Shown here one piece after another: positions 34,783-44,285 of a DNA stretch of 64,000 bases. The translations under genes and the position numbers were made by a program. The notes under the pieces were generated by a model that saw nothing but the letters and a program-made list of their open reading frames with translations, had not been told where the DNA came from and searched no databases. Every line of letters begins with the position of its first letter. The first letter of the stretch is position 1. The stretch comes from a virus (Duplodnaviria > Caudoviricetes): positions 13,297 through 77,296 of the IMG/VR virus record IMGVR_UViG_3300005439_000018, one strand, 5' to 3'.

Positions 34783-35112
34783 TCAGCAGTTGGTCTCGAC
34801 CGTGATCCGGAACGACTCCCCGCCGACCCCGGCCGTGTCCTGGATCCCGCCCTCGGTCACCAGCGCCACCAGCCGGTCGATGTTGAGCGGGATCAGCCAC
34901 TCGCCGGGGGCGTCGGCCTGCGACCAGGCGTCGTTAACCAGGGTGGTCCACGGGGTGTCGGACATCGCCGTCTCGCCCAGCCCCAGGAACTCCTGGACCA
35001 CCTTGCACGCCAGGTCCCAGTCGGTGACCGGCTGGAACTCGCCGCCGTTGTTGACCTCGATCTTGGCCTGCCACCCCAGCGCCAGCTCGCGACCGCCCGC
35101 GTTGTGCGTCAT
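34783..35112 (-). CDS. Hypothetical protein
   Basis: AAGGAG RBS behind a promoter. Confidence 0.65.
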   Translation of the reverse strand: MTHNAGGRELALGWQAKIEVNNGGEFQPVTDWDLACKVVQEFLGLGETAMSDTPWTTLVNDAWSQADAPGEWLIPLNIDRLVALVTEGGIQDTAGVGGESFRITVETNC

Positions 35113-35164
35113 CTCGGTTCTCCTTCTTCCGAGGGCCGGGCCCCTCCCGGCCCCTCTGAATAAA

Positions 35165-35193
35165 ATTCTATCATAGGTTTGTCTCGCTGTCAA
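35165..35193 (-). promoter_or_regulatory. Promoter with operator palindrome
   Basis: TTGACA-N17-TAGAAT. Confidence 0.85.
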
Positions 35194-35245
35194 GTTAACA
35201 TGCCGATGCCCCCGACCTGTCCGGCCGGGGGCATCGGAGGCGGGA

Positions 35246-35794
35246 CTACTGGGGCCAGGACCCGGTGTTCAGCCAGGTCGCCAGCAGCCACGCGGCGCTC
35301 ATCCCCGTGGGGTTGTCGACGCCCGCGAACACCTCGCGGTCCCGCAGGTACACCGGGCCGTCGTGGTCGCGGGCCGCCTGCACCAGCTGCTGGACCTCCT
35401 CGCTGCCGACCACCCAGGACATGACCTGGTACCGGTAGGCGGGCAGGTAGATCGCCCGCCGGGCCGCGCCGACGTCCTCGATCAGGTCGGCGGCCGGACC
35501 GGCCCAGGCTCCGCGCGGCACCCGGCCGTGGCCCCGGCGCCAGTCGCCCGCCATCGCCAGCTCGTCCGGCCCGCTGACCGGCCCGTGGACCTTGGTGCCC
35601 TGCCACAGCGCGGCGACGCTGACCGCCGTGCAGCCGTGGTACCGGTGGCTGTACTTCCGGTTGCTCGGGTTGGCCCAGATCCACTGGAAGCTGTCGCCCG
35701 CCAGGTCGGTGTCGTCGCCCGTGCAGATCGCCACGTTCCACGCGTTGTCGCCGGGCATGTCGTCCTTGATGCCCGCCGCGATGAACTCGCCCAT
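35246..35794 (-). CDS. DUF6939-like protein
   Basis: SVAALWQGTKV and ARRAIYLPAYRY...VYLRD motifs. Confidence 0.55.
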   Translation of the reverse strand: MGEFIAAGIKDDMPGDNAWNVAICTGDDTDLAGDSFQWIWANPSNRKYSHRYHGCTAVSVAALWQGTKVHGPVSGPDELAMAGDWRRGHGRVPRGAWAGPAADLIEDVGAARRAIYLPAYRYQVMSWVVGSEEVQQLVQAARDHDGPVYLRDREVFAGVDNPTGMSAAWLLATWLNTGSWPQ

Positions 35795-35840
35795 CTCTAC
35801 CACCTTCGACCGGGGGCCGCAGTCGGCCCCGATTACCAAA

Positions 35841-35869
35841 ATCCTATCACATCCTTGTCCCGCTGTCAA
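35841..35869 (-). promoter_or_regulatory. Promoter with operator palindrome
   Basis: TTGACA-N17-TAGGAT. Confidence 0.8.
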
Positions 35870-35914
35870 TCCCCCTGAGCGGGGCGCCCGCTTGGTCGGC
35901 GGGCGCCCCGGCGG

Positions 35915-36175
35915 TCACGCGCCCGGGTGTCCCTCGGGCCGCGCGGCCGGGTGCGTCGCGGCGATCCCGATCTCGTCGGCGAGCCACGTCCGCATCTCCG
36001 GGTCGGCGACGTGGTGCTTGAGCGCGTCGGCGATCCGGCACGCCTCGGCCTCGGTGTTCCCGCCCGCGCGGAGCGCGTCGATGGCGGCGGTGATCTGCTC
36101 GGTCGGGATCCCGTACCCCTCGGCGATGTTTCGCTCGATCGCCGTGGCCTGGCGGGCGGGGGTGGTGTTCGGCAT
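35915..36175 (-). CDS. Hypothetical protein
   Basis: AGGAG RBS. Confidence 0.6.
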   Translation of the reverse strand: MPNTTPARQATAIERNIAEGYGIPTEQITAAIDALRAGGNTEAEACRIADALKHHVADPEMRTWLADEIGIAATHPAARPEGHPGA

Positions 36176-36251
36176 CTCTGTCTCCTCTGGTTCGGGCGGC
36201 CCCTCCGCCCTGTTGGGACAAGTCAACCATCCCCTTGTCTCGCTGTCAAGA

Positions 36252-36620
36252 TCAGCGCAGACTGCGCACCATGATGTCGGCGATCTCGCGCAGGTCGTCG
36301 GACGTCTGGCTGTCCTTCGACCCCGCGTGCGCCAGCAGCATCCCCATCGCTAGCGCGGCCTGGTACTTGGTCAGCCGGAACTCCACCGTGTCGTCGACCG
36401 GCTTGTTGAACCCGGCCTGGATCACGGCCAGGTCGGCCCCGAGCCACTTGACCCACAGCCGCAGGTCGGACAGCTTGGGCGACACTCGGCCGCTCTCGTA
36501 GCTGCTGAGCATGGACTGGCTGAACCCGATCTCGCGGGCGGCGTCCACCTGCTTGGTGCTGCCCCGCATGTCCCGCAGGACGGATATCAGCGGGTCGATC
36601 TCGTGCTGCTGTTCAGCCAC
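36252..36620 (-). CDS. XRE-family HTH regulator
   Basis: LRDMR...QVDAAREIGFSQSMLSSYESGRVSP.L. Confidence 0.85.
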   Translation of the reverse strand: MAEQQHEIDPLISVLRDMRGSTKQVDAAREIGFSQSMLSSYESGRVSPKLSDLRLWVKWLGADLAVIQAGFNKPVDDTVEFRLTKYQAALAMGMLLAHAGSKDSQTSDDLREIADIMVRSLR

Positions 36621-36738
36621 CTTGGCTCCTTGGTCGGCCGGATACCCCCGGCGTGGTCTGTGGGGACATCCCACCACGCGGGTTTCCAGACAGACAAGCT
36701 CCCGCCGGTGTCCGGCGGGAGCTGGCAGGGCGCGTGGG

Positions 36739-36912
36739 TCAGTCCCACTCGTACATCTCCGTCTTGTTGTTGCGGTAGTAGGTACCCCAGTGCCTGCCCG
36801 GGTGCTTGCCGGTCGGCCCGACCATCACTGTGCACACCAGCGGAACCCCCGGAACCGCCGCTGTGTTGACGCTGCCGCACTCTGTCTCGGGCCTGTGGCC
36901 GTTGACCTTCAT
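36739..36912 (-). CDS. Small Cys/His protein
   Basis: GGAGG RBS; C...C...H.G.HW. Confidence 0.5.
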   Translation of the reverse strand: MKVNGHRPETECGSVNTAAVPGVPLVCTVMVGPTGKHPGRHWGTYYRNNKTEMYEWD

Positions 36913-36965
36913 TTCCCCTCCCAAAAACGGGCCGGGCCGCCCCGTGTGGGGCGGCCCGGTCAGCA

Positions 36966-37316
36966 CTACTTGCGGATGGTGACCCCCGGGTCGTCCGGTC
37001 CCATCGACCAGATCTCATTCCCCGGCTCGGTGATATCCTCGATCTCCGCCCAGGTCGCCCGGATGTCGACGACCTGGATCCGCGCCCCGGGGTCCGGGTC
37101 GTTGTACCCGATCGCGTACCCCTGCCGGTCGCCGACCGGGTGGGCCTCGATCCACTCGCGGAGCTGGGGGACCCCGACCGGGGTGGCCAGCTCGCCCTCG
37201 GTGCTGGTCGGGGCGACGAACCCGTCCTCTATCGGCTCCCCGTCCGCGCCGACCAGGGCGCAGAACTCCATCCGCATCCCCTCGTCGATCCGCTCCGCGA
37301 TCTTTTCGGTGTTCAT
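36966..37316 (-). CDS. Hypothetical acidic protein
   Basis: Follows a promoter and RBS. Confidence 0.6.
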   Translation of the reverse strand: MNTEKIAERIDEGMRMEFCALVGADGEPIEDGFVAPTSTEGELATPVGVPQLREWIEAHPVGDRQGYAIGYNDPDPGARIQVVDIRATWAEIEDITEPGNEIWSMGPDDPGVTIRK

Positions 37317-37361
37317 CCTGGTTCCCTTCCCGGGGCGGCCCCTCCGCCCCCTCTGAATAAA

Positions 37362-37391
37362 ATTCTATCATAGGGGTTGCCTATTTGTCAA
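37362..37391 (-). promoter_or_regulatory. Promoter with operator palindrome
   Basis: TTGACA-N18-TAGAAT. Confidence 0.85.
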
Positions 37392-37454
37392 TATCCCCGA
37401 CACGAGCCCGCCCGGCCGCAGGGTGCGCGGCCGGGCGGGGGGTGGTGTAGCGGG

Positions 37455-37583
37455 TCAGCGGGCCTTGGGGTGCGCCCGGCTGGTGTGGGCGTCCAGCGCG
37501 GCCTGCGCGCCCGCCTGGGTGTTCATCTTCGCCTTGAACGTGCAGTGCGGGCAGCTCAGCTCGACGTCGCGGGTCTCGGCCAT
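37455..37583 (-). CDS. C2H2-like zinc-finger microprotein
   Basis: CPHC...AH...H; AAGGAG RBS. Confidence 0.55.
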   Translation of the reverse strand: MAETRDVELSCPHCTFKAKMNTQAGAQAALDAHTSRAHPKAR

Positions 37584-37642
37584 CTCGGTTCTCCTTCGGT
37601 GGGTGGGGGCCGGACCCCGGGCGGGGTCCGGCCGGTGGTGCG

Positions 37643-37927
37643 TCAGACCCGGCGGCAGCGCTGCTGGTGGACCGCCAGCGCCTCGGCGGCGGCCATCCGG
37701 GTCCCGTACCAGTTGGTCGTGAACCCGCAGACGCACTGGGCGTGGAACATCGAGCTGACCTGGGTGGGCGACCCGATCACCCCGTCCGGGCTGACCTCGA
37801 CGTACTGCGTGGTCAGCCCGGACCGGTTGGCCTCGGACTGCGCGGCGTCGGCCGCCGCCCAGCTGTTGCCGTGCTCCGAGACGAACACCCCGCGCCCGTT
37901 CCGGACCTGCCACTTCGTGTCGGCCAT
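37643..37927 (-). CDS. Hypothetical protein
   Basis: GGAGG RBS; CVCG...HQQRC. Confidence 0.6.
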   Translation of the reverse strand: MADTKWQVRNGRGVFVSEHGNSWAAADAAQSEANRSGLTTQYVEVSPDGVIGSPTQVSSMFHAQCVCGFTTNWYGTRMAAAEALAVHQQRCRRV

Positions 37928-37974
37928 CTCTGGCCTCCCTTCCTGACGGGGCGCCCCTCGCCCCTTCAACCTCC

Positions 37975-38003
37975 ATTCTATCATGGACTTGCCCGTCTGT
38001 CAA
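37975..38003 (-). promoter_or_regulatory. Promoter with operator palindrome
   Basis: TTGACA-N17-TAGAAT. Confidence 0.85.
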
Positions 38004-38087
38004 TATCTCCGCGTCCGTGGTCGGCAACCCTCCGGGGGTGATTCAATAGACTGCAGTACCCCCGACCCGACGCGAAGGAGCCCCCTG

Positions 38088-39704
38088 GTGAGCGACACCG
38101 AGGAGGTGCTGGCCAGCAACCCCGACCTGATGGAGGGGCTACAGGCCCTTGCCAACGGGCTGCCGGACTACCACCGGGCCGAGATGTACTACGAGGCGAC
38201 CAACCCGGAATTCTTCGCGTCGATCCGGCTGCGCCGCGCGCTGGAGCGCACCGGCATCACCTTCCGGTTCAACCTGGCCAAGACCCCGGTCGACGTGATG
38301 GCCGACCGCCTGGAGATCAACTCGGTGATGGTGGTCGGCGATAAGAAGGCTGACCAGATACTCCAGTCCATCTGGGAACGCAACCTGATGGAGCTGGAGT
38401 CGACCAACATCCACCGCCGGGCCGGTGAGTTCGGCGACGCGTACCTGATCGTCTGGCCGACGGCCGACGAGGACCCCGAGGACGACCCGGACGGCGGGCA
38501 GGACGAGGAGGAGCTGGACTTCCAGCAGGTCGACCTGTTCTACAACAGCCCCAAGACCACCCGTGTCGTGTACGACGTCGAGAACCCGCACCGCAAGAAG
38601 TTCGCCATCAAGAAGTGGACGCTCCCGGCGCAGCTCGGGGTGAAGGCCAAGCCCCCCACGCGGGTCAACCTGTACTACCCCGACCGTATCGAGCGGTACG
38701 TCAGCGTCCCCAACTCCAAGGGCAACACCCGCCGCGACTGGATCCGGTTCACCGACGAGGAGAGCCCGGAGTGGCCGATCGAGAATCCGTACGGAGAGGT
38801 CCCGGTCTTCCACTTCCGGACCGGGACCCCGTACGGAGACCCCGAGCACCGCGCTGCGTACGGCCCCCAGGACGCCATCAACAAGCTGATCATCACGCAC
38901 GCCGCGACGATCGACTACCACGGGTTCCCGCAGCGGTACTTCCTGGCCAACCCGGACTCCGGCAGCGACGAGCTGGCCGACTTCGACACCAGCGACGACA
39001 TCAACCGGTTCGAGGACACCGGCCACGACAGCGCGCTGCGGGCCGGGCCCGGCGAGGTGTGGTGGCTGAACGGCGTCCGGCAGGCGGGCCAGTTCGACCC
39101 CCCGAACCCCGACGTGTTCCTCCAACCGCTCGACGTGTACATCCGCATGATGGCCCAGGTCACCAGCACCCCCCTGCACTACTTCGACCCCCAGACGTAC
39201 AGCCGCCTGCCCCCGTCCGGCGAGTCCATCCGCGCGGCCGAGGTCCCGCTGCTCAAGAAGGTCCGCCGCCGCCAGATCACCTACGGCCACGGCTGGAAGA
39301 GCGCCATGGCGTTCGCCCTGAAGGTGGCCACCTGGGACGACGAATCCGGGCAGGGGGAGGTGGTGAGCCCCGACATCGAGGTGCGCTGGATCCCCAGCGC
39401 CACGGTGGACGACGCGGCGGGCTGGACGATGCTTGGCCTGAAGCGGGCCAACGGCGTCCCCAACCGGCAGATCCTGCTGGAGGCCGGGTACTCGCAGGAG
39501 CAGGTCGACGAGTGGCTGCCCATGGGCGGCGAAGACCTCGACCAGCGCATCGACCAGCTGACCAAGGTCGCCACCGCCGCACAGGCGCTGGGCGCGGCGG
39601 TCGGCCTGGGCGTGCTGGACGGTGCGCAGGTCGGCCAGATCATCATGAATATGCTCAACATGCCCGTGGAGAAGTCCACCCAATTCGACGAGGGAACGTC
39701 ATGA
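38088..39704 (+). CDS. Portal protein (SPP1 gp6-like)
   Basis: NLAKTPVD...DRL, ENPYGEVPVFHF, GEV.WL...GQF, SGESIR; AAGGAG RBS. Confidence 0.9.
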   Translation: MSDTEEVLASNPDLMEGLQALANGLPDYHRAEMYYEATNPEFFASIRLRRALERTGITFRFNLAKTPVDVMADRLEINSVMVVGDKKADQILQSIWERNLMELESTNIHRRAGEFGDAYLIVWPTADEDPEDDPDGGQDEEELDFQQVDLFYNSPKTTRVVYDVENPHRKKFAIKKWTLPAQLGVKAKPPTRVNLYYPDRIERYVSVPNSKGNTRRDWIRFTDEESPEWPIENPYGEVPVFHFRTGTPYGDPEHRAAYGPQDAINKLIITHAATIDYHGFPQRYFLANPDSGSDELADFDTSDDINRFEDTGHDSALRAGPGEVWWLNGVRQAGQFDPPNPDVFLQPLDVYIRMMAQVTSTPLHYFDPQTYSRLPPSGESIRAAEVPLLKKVRRRQITYGHGWKSAMAFALKVATWDDESGQGEVVSPDIEVRWIPSATVDDAAGWTMLGLKRANGVPNRQILLEAGYSQEQVDEWLPMGGEDLDQRIDQLTKVATAAQALGAAVGLGVLDGAQVGQIIMNMLNMPVEKSTQFDEGTS

Positions 39705-39979
39705 GCGGATACAGCAAGGCCGCCCCGTCCGACGCCGACCTGCTGCACGGTGCGGGCCAGGGCGGCCAGGTCCTGCACGACAGCAGCCGCCACGCCGACA
39801 TCACCGGCGCCACCAAGAAGGGCCCGGATGCGGGCATGCGTGCTACCCTGGGTCGTCCGCGTGCGGGCAGCGACTACCCGGGGCCCACGCCCGAGGACGT
39901 CAACACCGCCCCCGGCCAGCGCACAACCAAGATCTTCGGCTCCGGCCGCCGCCTGCCGAACAACCCCAACAACCCCTGA
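39701..39979 (+). CDS. Small low-complexity protein
   Basis: ATGA overlap with the portal gene. Confidence 0.55.
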   Translation: MSGYSKAAPSDADLLHGAGQGGQVLHDSSRHADITGATKKGPDAGMRATLGRPRAGSDYPGPTPEDVNTAPGQRTTKIFGSGRRLPNNPNNP

Positions 39980-40000
39980 CCCAGAGAGGCCGCCCGACTG

Positions 40001-41497
40001 ATGAGCTGGGCAAAGTGGGACCTCGAACACCGAAGCAACAACGTTCGGGTGTCCAAGAGCGCCACGGGCGGCCTCAAGGTGATGTCTGGGGGCAAGCACC
40101 TGGGGAACATCGAGCACCGAAACGGCAGGCACGTATCGGTGATCAAGAAGTCCGGTGACCTGAAGTCCGCCGAGCACGCCTCGGCCCAGGATGCCCTGGA
40201 TCACATCCGACAGGCCCACGGACTCCCCAAGGGCGGAGCCCTGGATTCTGAGAACCTGCTCGCCGGTCTGGGAAAGCCCGGCACCCCCCGGTCGTCAGCC
40301 CAGTCTCTTGCCGAGCAGATCCGGAGGGCGCTGGCCCACCCCGGTCCGTCTAAGACACCCGAGGTCAGCTCGACCCGGTCCCGCACCAGCGGGTCCACCA
40401 TATCGCGGGCCGAGGGGTCCCGGTCTGTGGCTCGGCACAACCTCAAGGCAGACTTCAAGCGACCGGCGCCGGTGAAGGGTGAAAAGGACCGGGCCGACTC
40501 GGTGCGCACCACCATCCGCATGGCCGAGTACAACCGCAAGAAGCGGGCAGGGGGCGGTGTACGGTCGGCGGACAAGGTAGCTGCCAGTGTCAACAAGGCC
40601 GGTCCGGGGGAGTTCAGCTCTCCGCATGAGCCCGGGACCCTGGAGCACGCGGTGGACAAGGCCAACCACGCTTCGAGGATGGCTGAGGCCAACCCCACGC
40701 CCGAGACCCACGAAGCGGCTCGCACGGCCCACGCCGACGCGGCCTGGAAGGCCACCAAGGCCAAGAACGACCCCGCGAACACGTATCATTTGCTGATGGC
40801 TCGGCACCACGGTTACGCGGCCAAGGGCGAGCCGACCCGGGGGTCTCTGGGTGAGTCCCACTCCGACGCCCAGGGTGCCCTGTTCAACAACGACCCCCAC
40901 CATCTGATGTCCCTGTTCTCGGACACCGAGGCCCGGCGCCAGGCGGACCAGCATTACGACTCCATCCGCAACGCAGCAGACAGCGGGCTGACCAAGACCC
41001 AGCTGTCTGCCGTCAAGACCTACACCGGAAACGCGTTCAGCAAGATCAACGACCACCTGCGGGGGTCCAAGACGATCACGGACCCTGCGGCCCGCAGCAA
41101 GGTCGAGAAGACCGTGTCCGACCTGGATGCAGCCATGTCCAAGCAGGAGCCGCTGGCGCACGATATGGTAACATATCGAGGTGTCAAGAACGCCGATCAG
41201 GTATTCGGAAGTCTCGGCAGCCACGTGGGAGGAGAGTTTGCGGACCATGCGTTCACCAGCACCACCACCCACGGTGCAGTATCCAACGAGTTCAGCCACG
41301 AGGCCGTGGTCAGGGTGCTGAACCGCCAGGGGCAGGTGGTGTTGAAGCCCCACGACGCTGGAGCGTTCGGAAACGCCAGCGCCGACTTCAGAGAGCTGAC
41401 CGTCCCCCGAGACACCAGGTACCACGTTGCTGCCGACCGCATGGTGACGCTGCACGACGGTACGTCTCGCAGGGTCATCGACCTGGTCCGCAAGTAG
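40001..41497 (+). CDS. Protein with a C-terminal VIP2-like ADP-ribosyltransferase domain (paralog A)
   Basis: YTGNAFSKINDHLRG, TYRG, FTSTT, FRELTVPR. Confidence 0.8.
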   Translation: MSWAKWDLEHRSNNVRVSKSATGGLKVMSGGKHLGNIEHRNGRHVSVIKKSGDLKSAEHASAQDALDHIRQAHGLPKGGALDSENLLAGLGKPGTPRSSAQSLAEQIRRALAHPGPSKTPEVSSTRSRTSGSTISRAEGSRSVARHNLKADFKRPAPVKGEKDRADSVRTTIRMAEYNRKKRAGGGVRSADKVAASVNKAGPGEFSSPHEPGTLEHAVDKANHASRMAEANPTPETHEAARTAHADAAWKATKAKNDPANTYHLLMARHHGYAAKGEPTRGSLGESHSDAQGALFNNDPHHLMSLFSDTEARRQADQHYDSIRNAADSGLTKTQLSAVKTYTGNAFSKINDHLRGSKTITDPAARSKVEKTVSDLDAAMSKQEPLAHDMVTYRGVKNADQVFGSLGSHVGGEFADHAFTSTTTHGAVSNEFSHEAVVRVLNRQGQVVLKPHDAGAFGNASADFRELTVPRDTRYHVAADRMVTLHDGTSRRVIDLVRK

Positions 41498-41520
41498 AGT
41501 CAGACAGGAGAGTCGAACCT

Positions 41521-44040
41521 GTGAGCTGGGCAAAGTGGGACGCCGAGCACCGGGGCCTCAATGTCCATATCGGAAAGAGCGCCACCGGCGGCCTCCGCGT
41601 GGTCTCGGGCGGCAAGCACCTGGGCAACATCGAGCACAGGGGCGGCAAGCACATCGCCGTCGTCAAGAAGGGGGGCGTCCTCGAACACACCGAGCACGAC
41701 ACCCACGAGGACGCCCTCAACCACATCCGCCAGGCTCACGGCCTGTCCAAGGGCGGAGCGTCGATGAATGCCGAGGCCGAGGCGCTGGTCAAGCAGCACT
41801 CGGCCAAGAAGACGTCGTCGGCCGAGCAGCTCGCGGCCCAGATCAAGGCGTCGCTGGGGCACACCACCCCCGCCCCCCATGCGGTCACCGAGTCCAAGGC
41901 CAAGAAGAGCACCTCGACCGTCGTCACCGCCGACAAGAGCTCGGCGTCAGTGGTCCACGGCCTGGGCAAGCCCAAGAGCAAGGCCCTGGAGAAGGGCAAG
42001 AAGTACCACAGCGACTCGATCAAGACCAAGATCCACATCGCCGCCTGGAAGGACAAGAAGGCGGCGGGAGGGGGTGGTGTATCCGCCCCCAAGGCCGCCG
42101 CAGTCCCCAAGGCCGACCCGAAGAAGGCGGCTGAGGAGCACGCCCAGAAGCTCCAGGACGCCGCTCACGCCGCATCGGCCAAGGCCGACAAGTCCGGTAC
42201 GGTGGGCGACCACAAGGCCGCCGCCGCCGCGCACAACAAGGCGGCCGATGCCTCCCACGACGTCGGTATGTCCAGTCTGGCCGACCTGCACGACGCACAG
42301 GCCCAGGTGCACGGGCACAAGGCCCAGAAGGCCCAGCTCGGCGAGGAGCAGCAGGCCGCTTTTGACAAGGCGCTGGCGGCCACCACCAAGGCATCCAGTG
42401 AGAAGACCCCCGAGGCCCACAAGGCCGCCCAGGCTGCCCACGAGGCGGCGCTGAAGAAGATCAAGGGCGACGGTACCGACGTCCACGGCCGGTCGGTGTA
42501 CCACCTGAAGTGGGCCGGGTACCACGACGACGAGGCCCAGAAGCTCACGCCGTCGGGTATCCAGCTGCCTCCGCAGCAGGGCGTGTACGGCAACCTGTCG
42601 AACATGGCCTACAAGGCCACGGCACAGGCCAACAAGGAGAACACGTACGAGGCCCACGAGACCGCCCACAAGGTGCACCTCCAGGCATCCAAGTCGGCGA
42701 AGCTGTCCAAGAACGACAAGATGGCGCAGATTCATGCCGACGCGGCACAGCAGCACAAGGCCGAGGCCGAAAAGTTGCACGCCGCGCCGAGCACCAGCTC
42801 GGCGGCGAAGATCGCGGCCACCGTCACCACTCCCCACTTCGCCTCTCCGCCGACCCAGAAGGACCTGGCCACCCAGGCGGGCAAGTCCAAGAAGGCGGCC
42901 GAGGCAGCGTCGGCCAAGGCCAACAAGACCAACACGGCGGCCGACCACCAGGCGGCCTACGAGGCCCACCTCCAGGCGTACAAGGACGCGAAGGCGGCCG
43001 GGTTCGACTCGTGGGCCAAGGTCCACATGAACAAGCAGGACGAGCACTACAAGGCCAAGAACAAGGTGCTGACGGCCGGGCTGCCCCCCGCCCCGGCGGC
43101 CAAGAAGACCACGGCGGCCCCCGCCAAGAAGGTGGCGGCCCCGGCCGCTGCGGCGCCCACCCCGTCCGGCGGCACAAAGTCCAAGTTGGAGACGGCGGCC
43201 GATGCCGCCGACAGGGCGTCCCGGGAGGCAGAGGCCGAACCGACCAAGGAGAACCACCTGGCGGCGGCCGAGGCCCACAAGGCGGCGCTGTCCGCGTCGT
43301 ACTACGACACCCACGCCAAGGCGGCGAACTACCACCAGATGATGCAGTCGTACCACGCGGCGGCGGCGTCGAACCCGGCCGGGCTGAAGAAGCCCGAGGT
43401 GCTGAAGGAGCACAAGGACGAGAAGGCCGACCTGTTCCCCCCGGAGACCCACGGGCTGCACGTCGGGTTCCAGGACACGGCCAGCCGCCGCAAGGGCCAG
43501 CAGGCGTACGACTCGGTCACCAAGGCGTCCGCCACCGGCCTGTCGCCGTCTGAGCGGTCGTCGGTCCACGCCTACACCGGGTCCTGGTACAAGAGCATCA
43601 ACCGCTACCTGCGCAAGCAGGACAGCGGCACCGCCACCGTGAAGGGTCACGTCCAGCAGCTGGACTCCGCGTTCGACAAGCAGCCCCCTCTGAAGGACGA
43701 CCTGATCACCTACCGGGGCATCAGCGACGCTTCCGAGCTGTTCGGAGACGTCGGCAGCCACGTGGGCGGCGAGTTCCAGGACCACGGGTACGGCAGCAGC
43801 GCGTCCAATGCCGCAGTCACCCACGGGTTCAGCTCCAGCGGCGTGAGCGGCGCCCTGGTCCGTATCCTGCACCCGGCCGGGACCAAGGTCCTGAAGCCGT
43901 CGGACGTGGGCTCGTTCGGAGACTCCGAACGCGAGCTGCTGATACCCCGGGGGACGAAGTTCCACGTGGCCGCCGACCGGCTGGTGACCGACCAGAACGG
44001 CAAGACCCGCCGACTGATCGACCTGGTGCGTAAGGACTGA
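41521..44040 (+). CDS. Protein with a C-terminal VIP2-like ADP-ribosyltransferase domain (paralog B)
   Basis: YTGSWYKSINRYLR, TYRG, YGSSAS, ERELLIPRGTKF; long Ala/Lys/His helical repeats. Confidence 0.85.
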   Translation: MSWAKWDAEHRGLNVHIGKSATGGLRVVSGGKHLGNIEHRGGKHIAVVKKGGVLEHTEHDTHEDALNHIRQAHGLSKGGASMNAEAEALVKQHSAKKTSSAEQLAAQIKASLGHTTPAPHAVTESKAKKSTSTVVTADKSSASVVHGLGKPKSKALEKGKKYHSDSIKTKIHIAAWKDKKAAGGGGVSAPKAAAVPKADPKKAAEEHAQKLQDAAHAASAKADKSGTVGDHKAAAAAHNKAADASHDVGMSSLADLHDAQAQVHGHKAQKAQLGEEQQAAFDKALAATTKASSEKTPEAHKAAQAAHEAALKKIKGDGTDVHGRSVYHLKWAGYHDDEAQKLTPSGIQLPPQQGVYGNLSNMAYKATAQANKENTYEAHETAHKVHLQASKSAKLSKNDKMAQIHADAAQQHKAEAEKLHAAPSTSSAAKIAATVTTPHFASPPTQKDLATQAGKSKKAAEAASAKANKTNTAADHQAAYEAHLQAYKDAKAAGFDSWAKVHMNKQDEHYKAKNKVLTAGLPPAPAAKKTTAAPAKKVAAPAAAAPTPSGGTKSKLETAADAADRASREAEAEPTKENHLAAAEAHKAALSASYYDTHAKAANYHQMMQSYHAAAASNPAGLKKPEVLKEHKDEKADLFPPETHGLHVGFQDTASRRKGQQAYDSVTKASATGLSPSERSSVHAYTGSWYKSINRYLRKQDSGTATVKGHVQQLDSAFDKQPPLKDDLITYRGISDASELFGDVGSHVGGEFQDHGYGSSASNAAVTHGFSSSGVSGALVRILHPAGTKVLKPSDVGSFGDSERELLIPRGTKFHVAADRLVTDQNGKTRRLIDLVRKD

Positions 44041-44099
44041 CCTTTGCCCGGCCGTCATACCCCCATGGTACAATGGAAAGAGAGCAAGGAGGCACCACC

Positions 44100-44279
44100 A
44101 TGGCCAAGGACCCGCGCCAGCCGCACGGCGGCGACGACCCGGAGGACTCCGGCAGCGCCGACAAGTTCACATGGAGGCCGGGGGAGGTGGTGTGGACCCG
44201 TAAGCCCACATCGGCCCAGCAGCTCGCCGGGCGCCTGAAGGCCAACGAGGGCCCGGGCCGCCCGGTCAAGAAGCGGTGA
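44100..44279 (+). CDS. Small hypothetical protein
   Basis: AAGGAGG RBS; extended -10 TGGTACAAT upstream. Confidence 0.55.
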   Translation: MAKDPRQPHGGDDPEDSGSADKFTWRPGEVVWTRKPTSAQQLAGRLKANEGPGRPVKKR

Positions 44280-44285
44280 CCGGCG

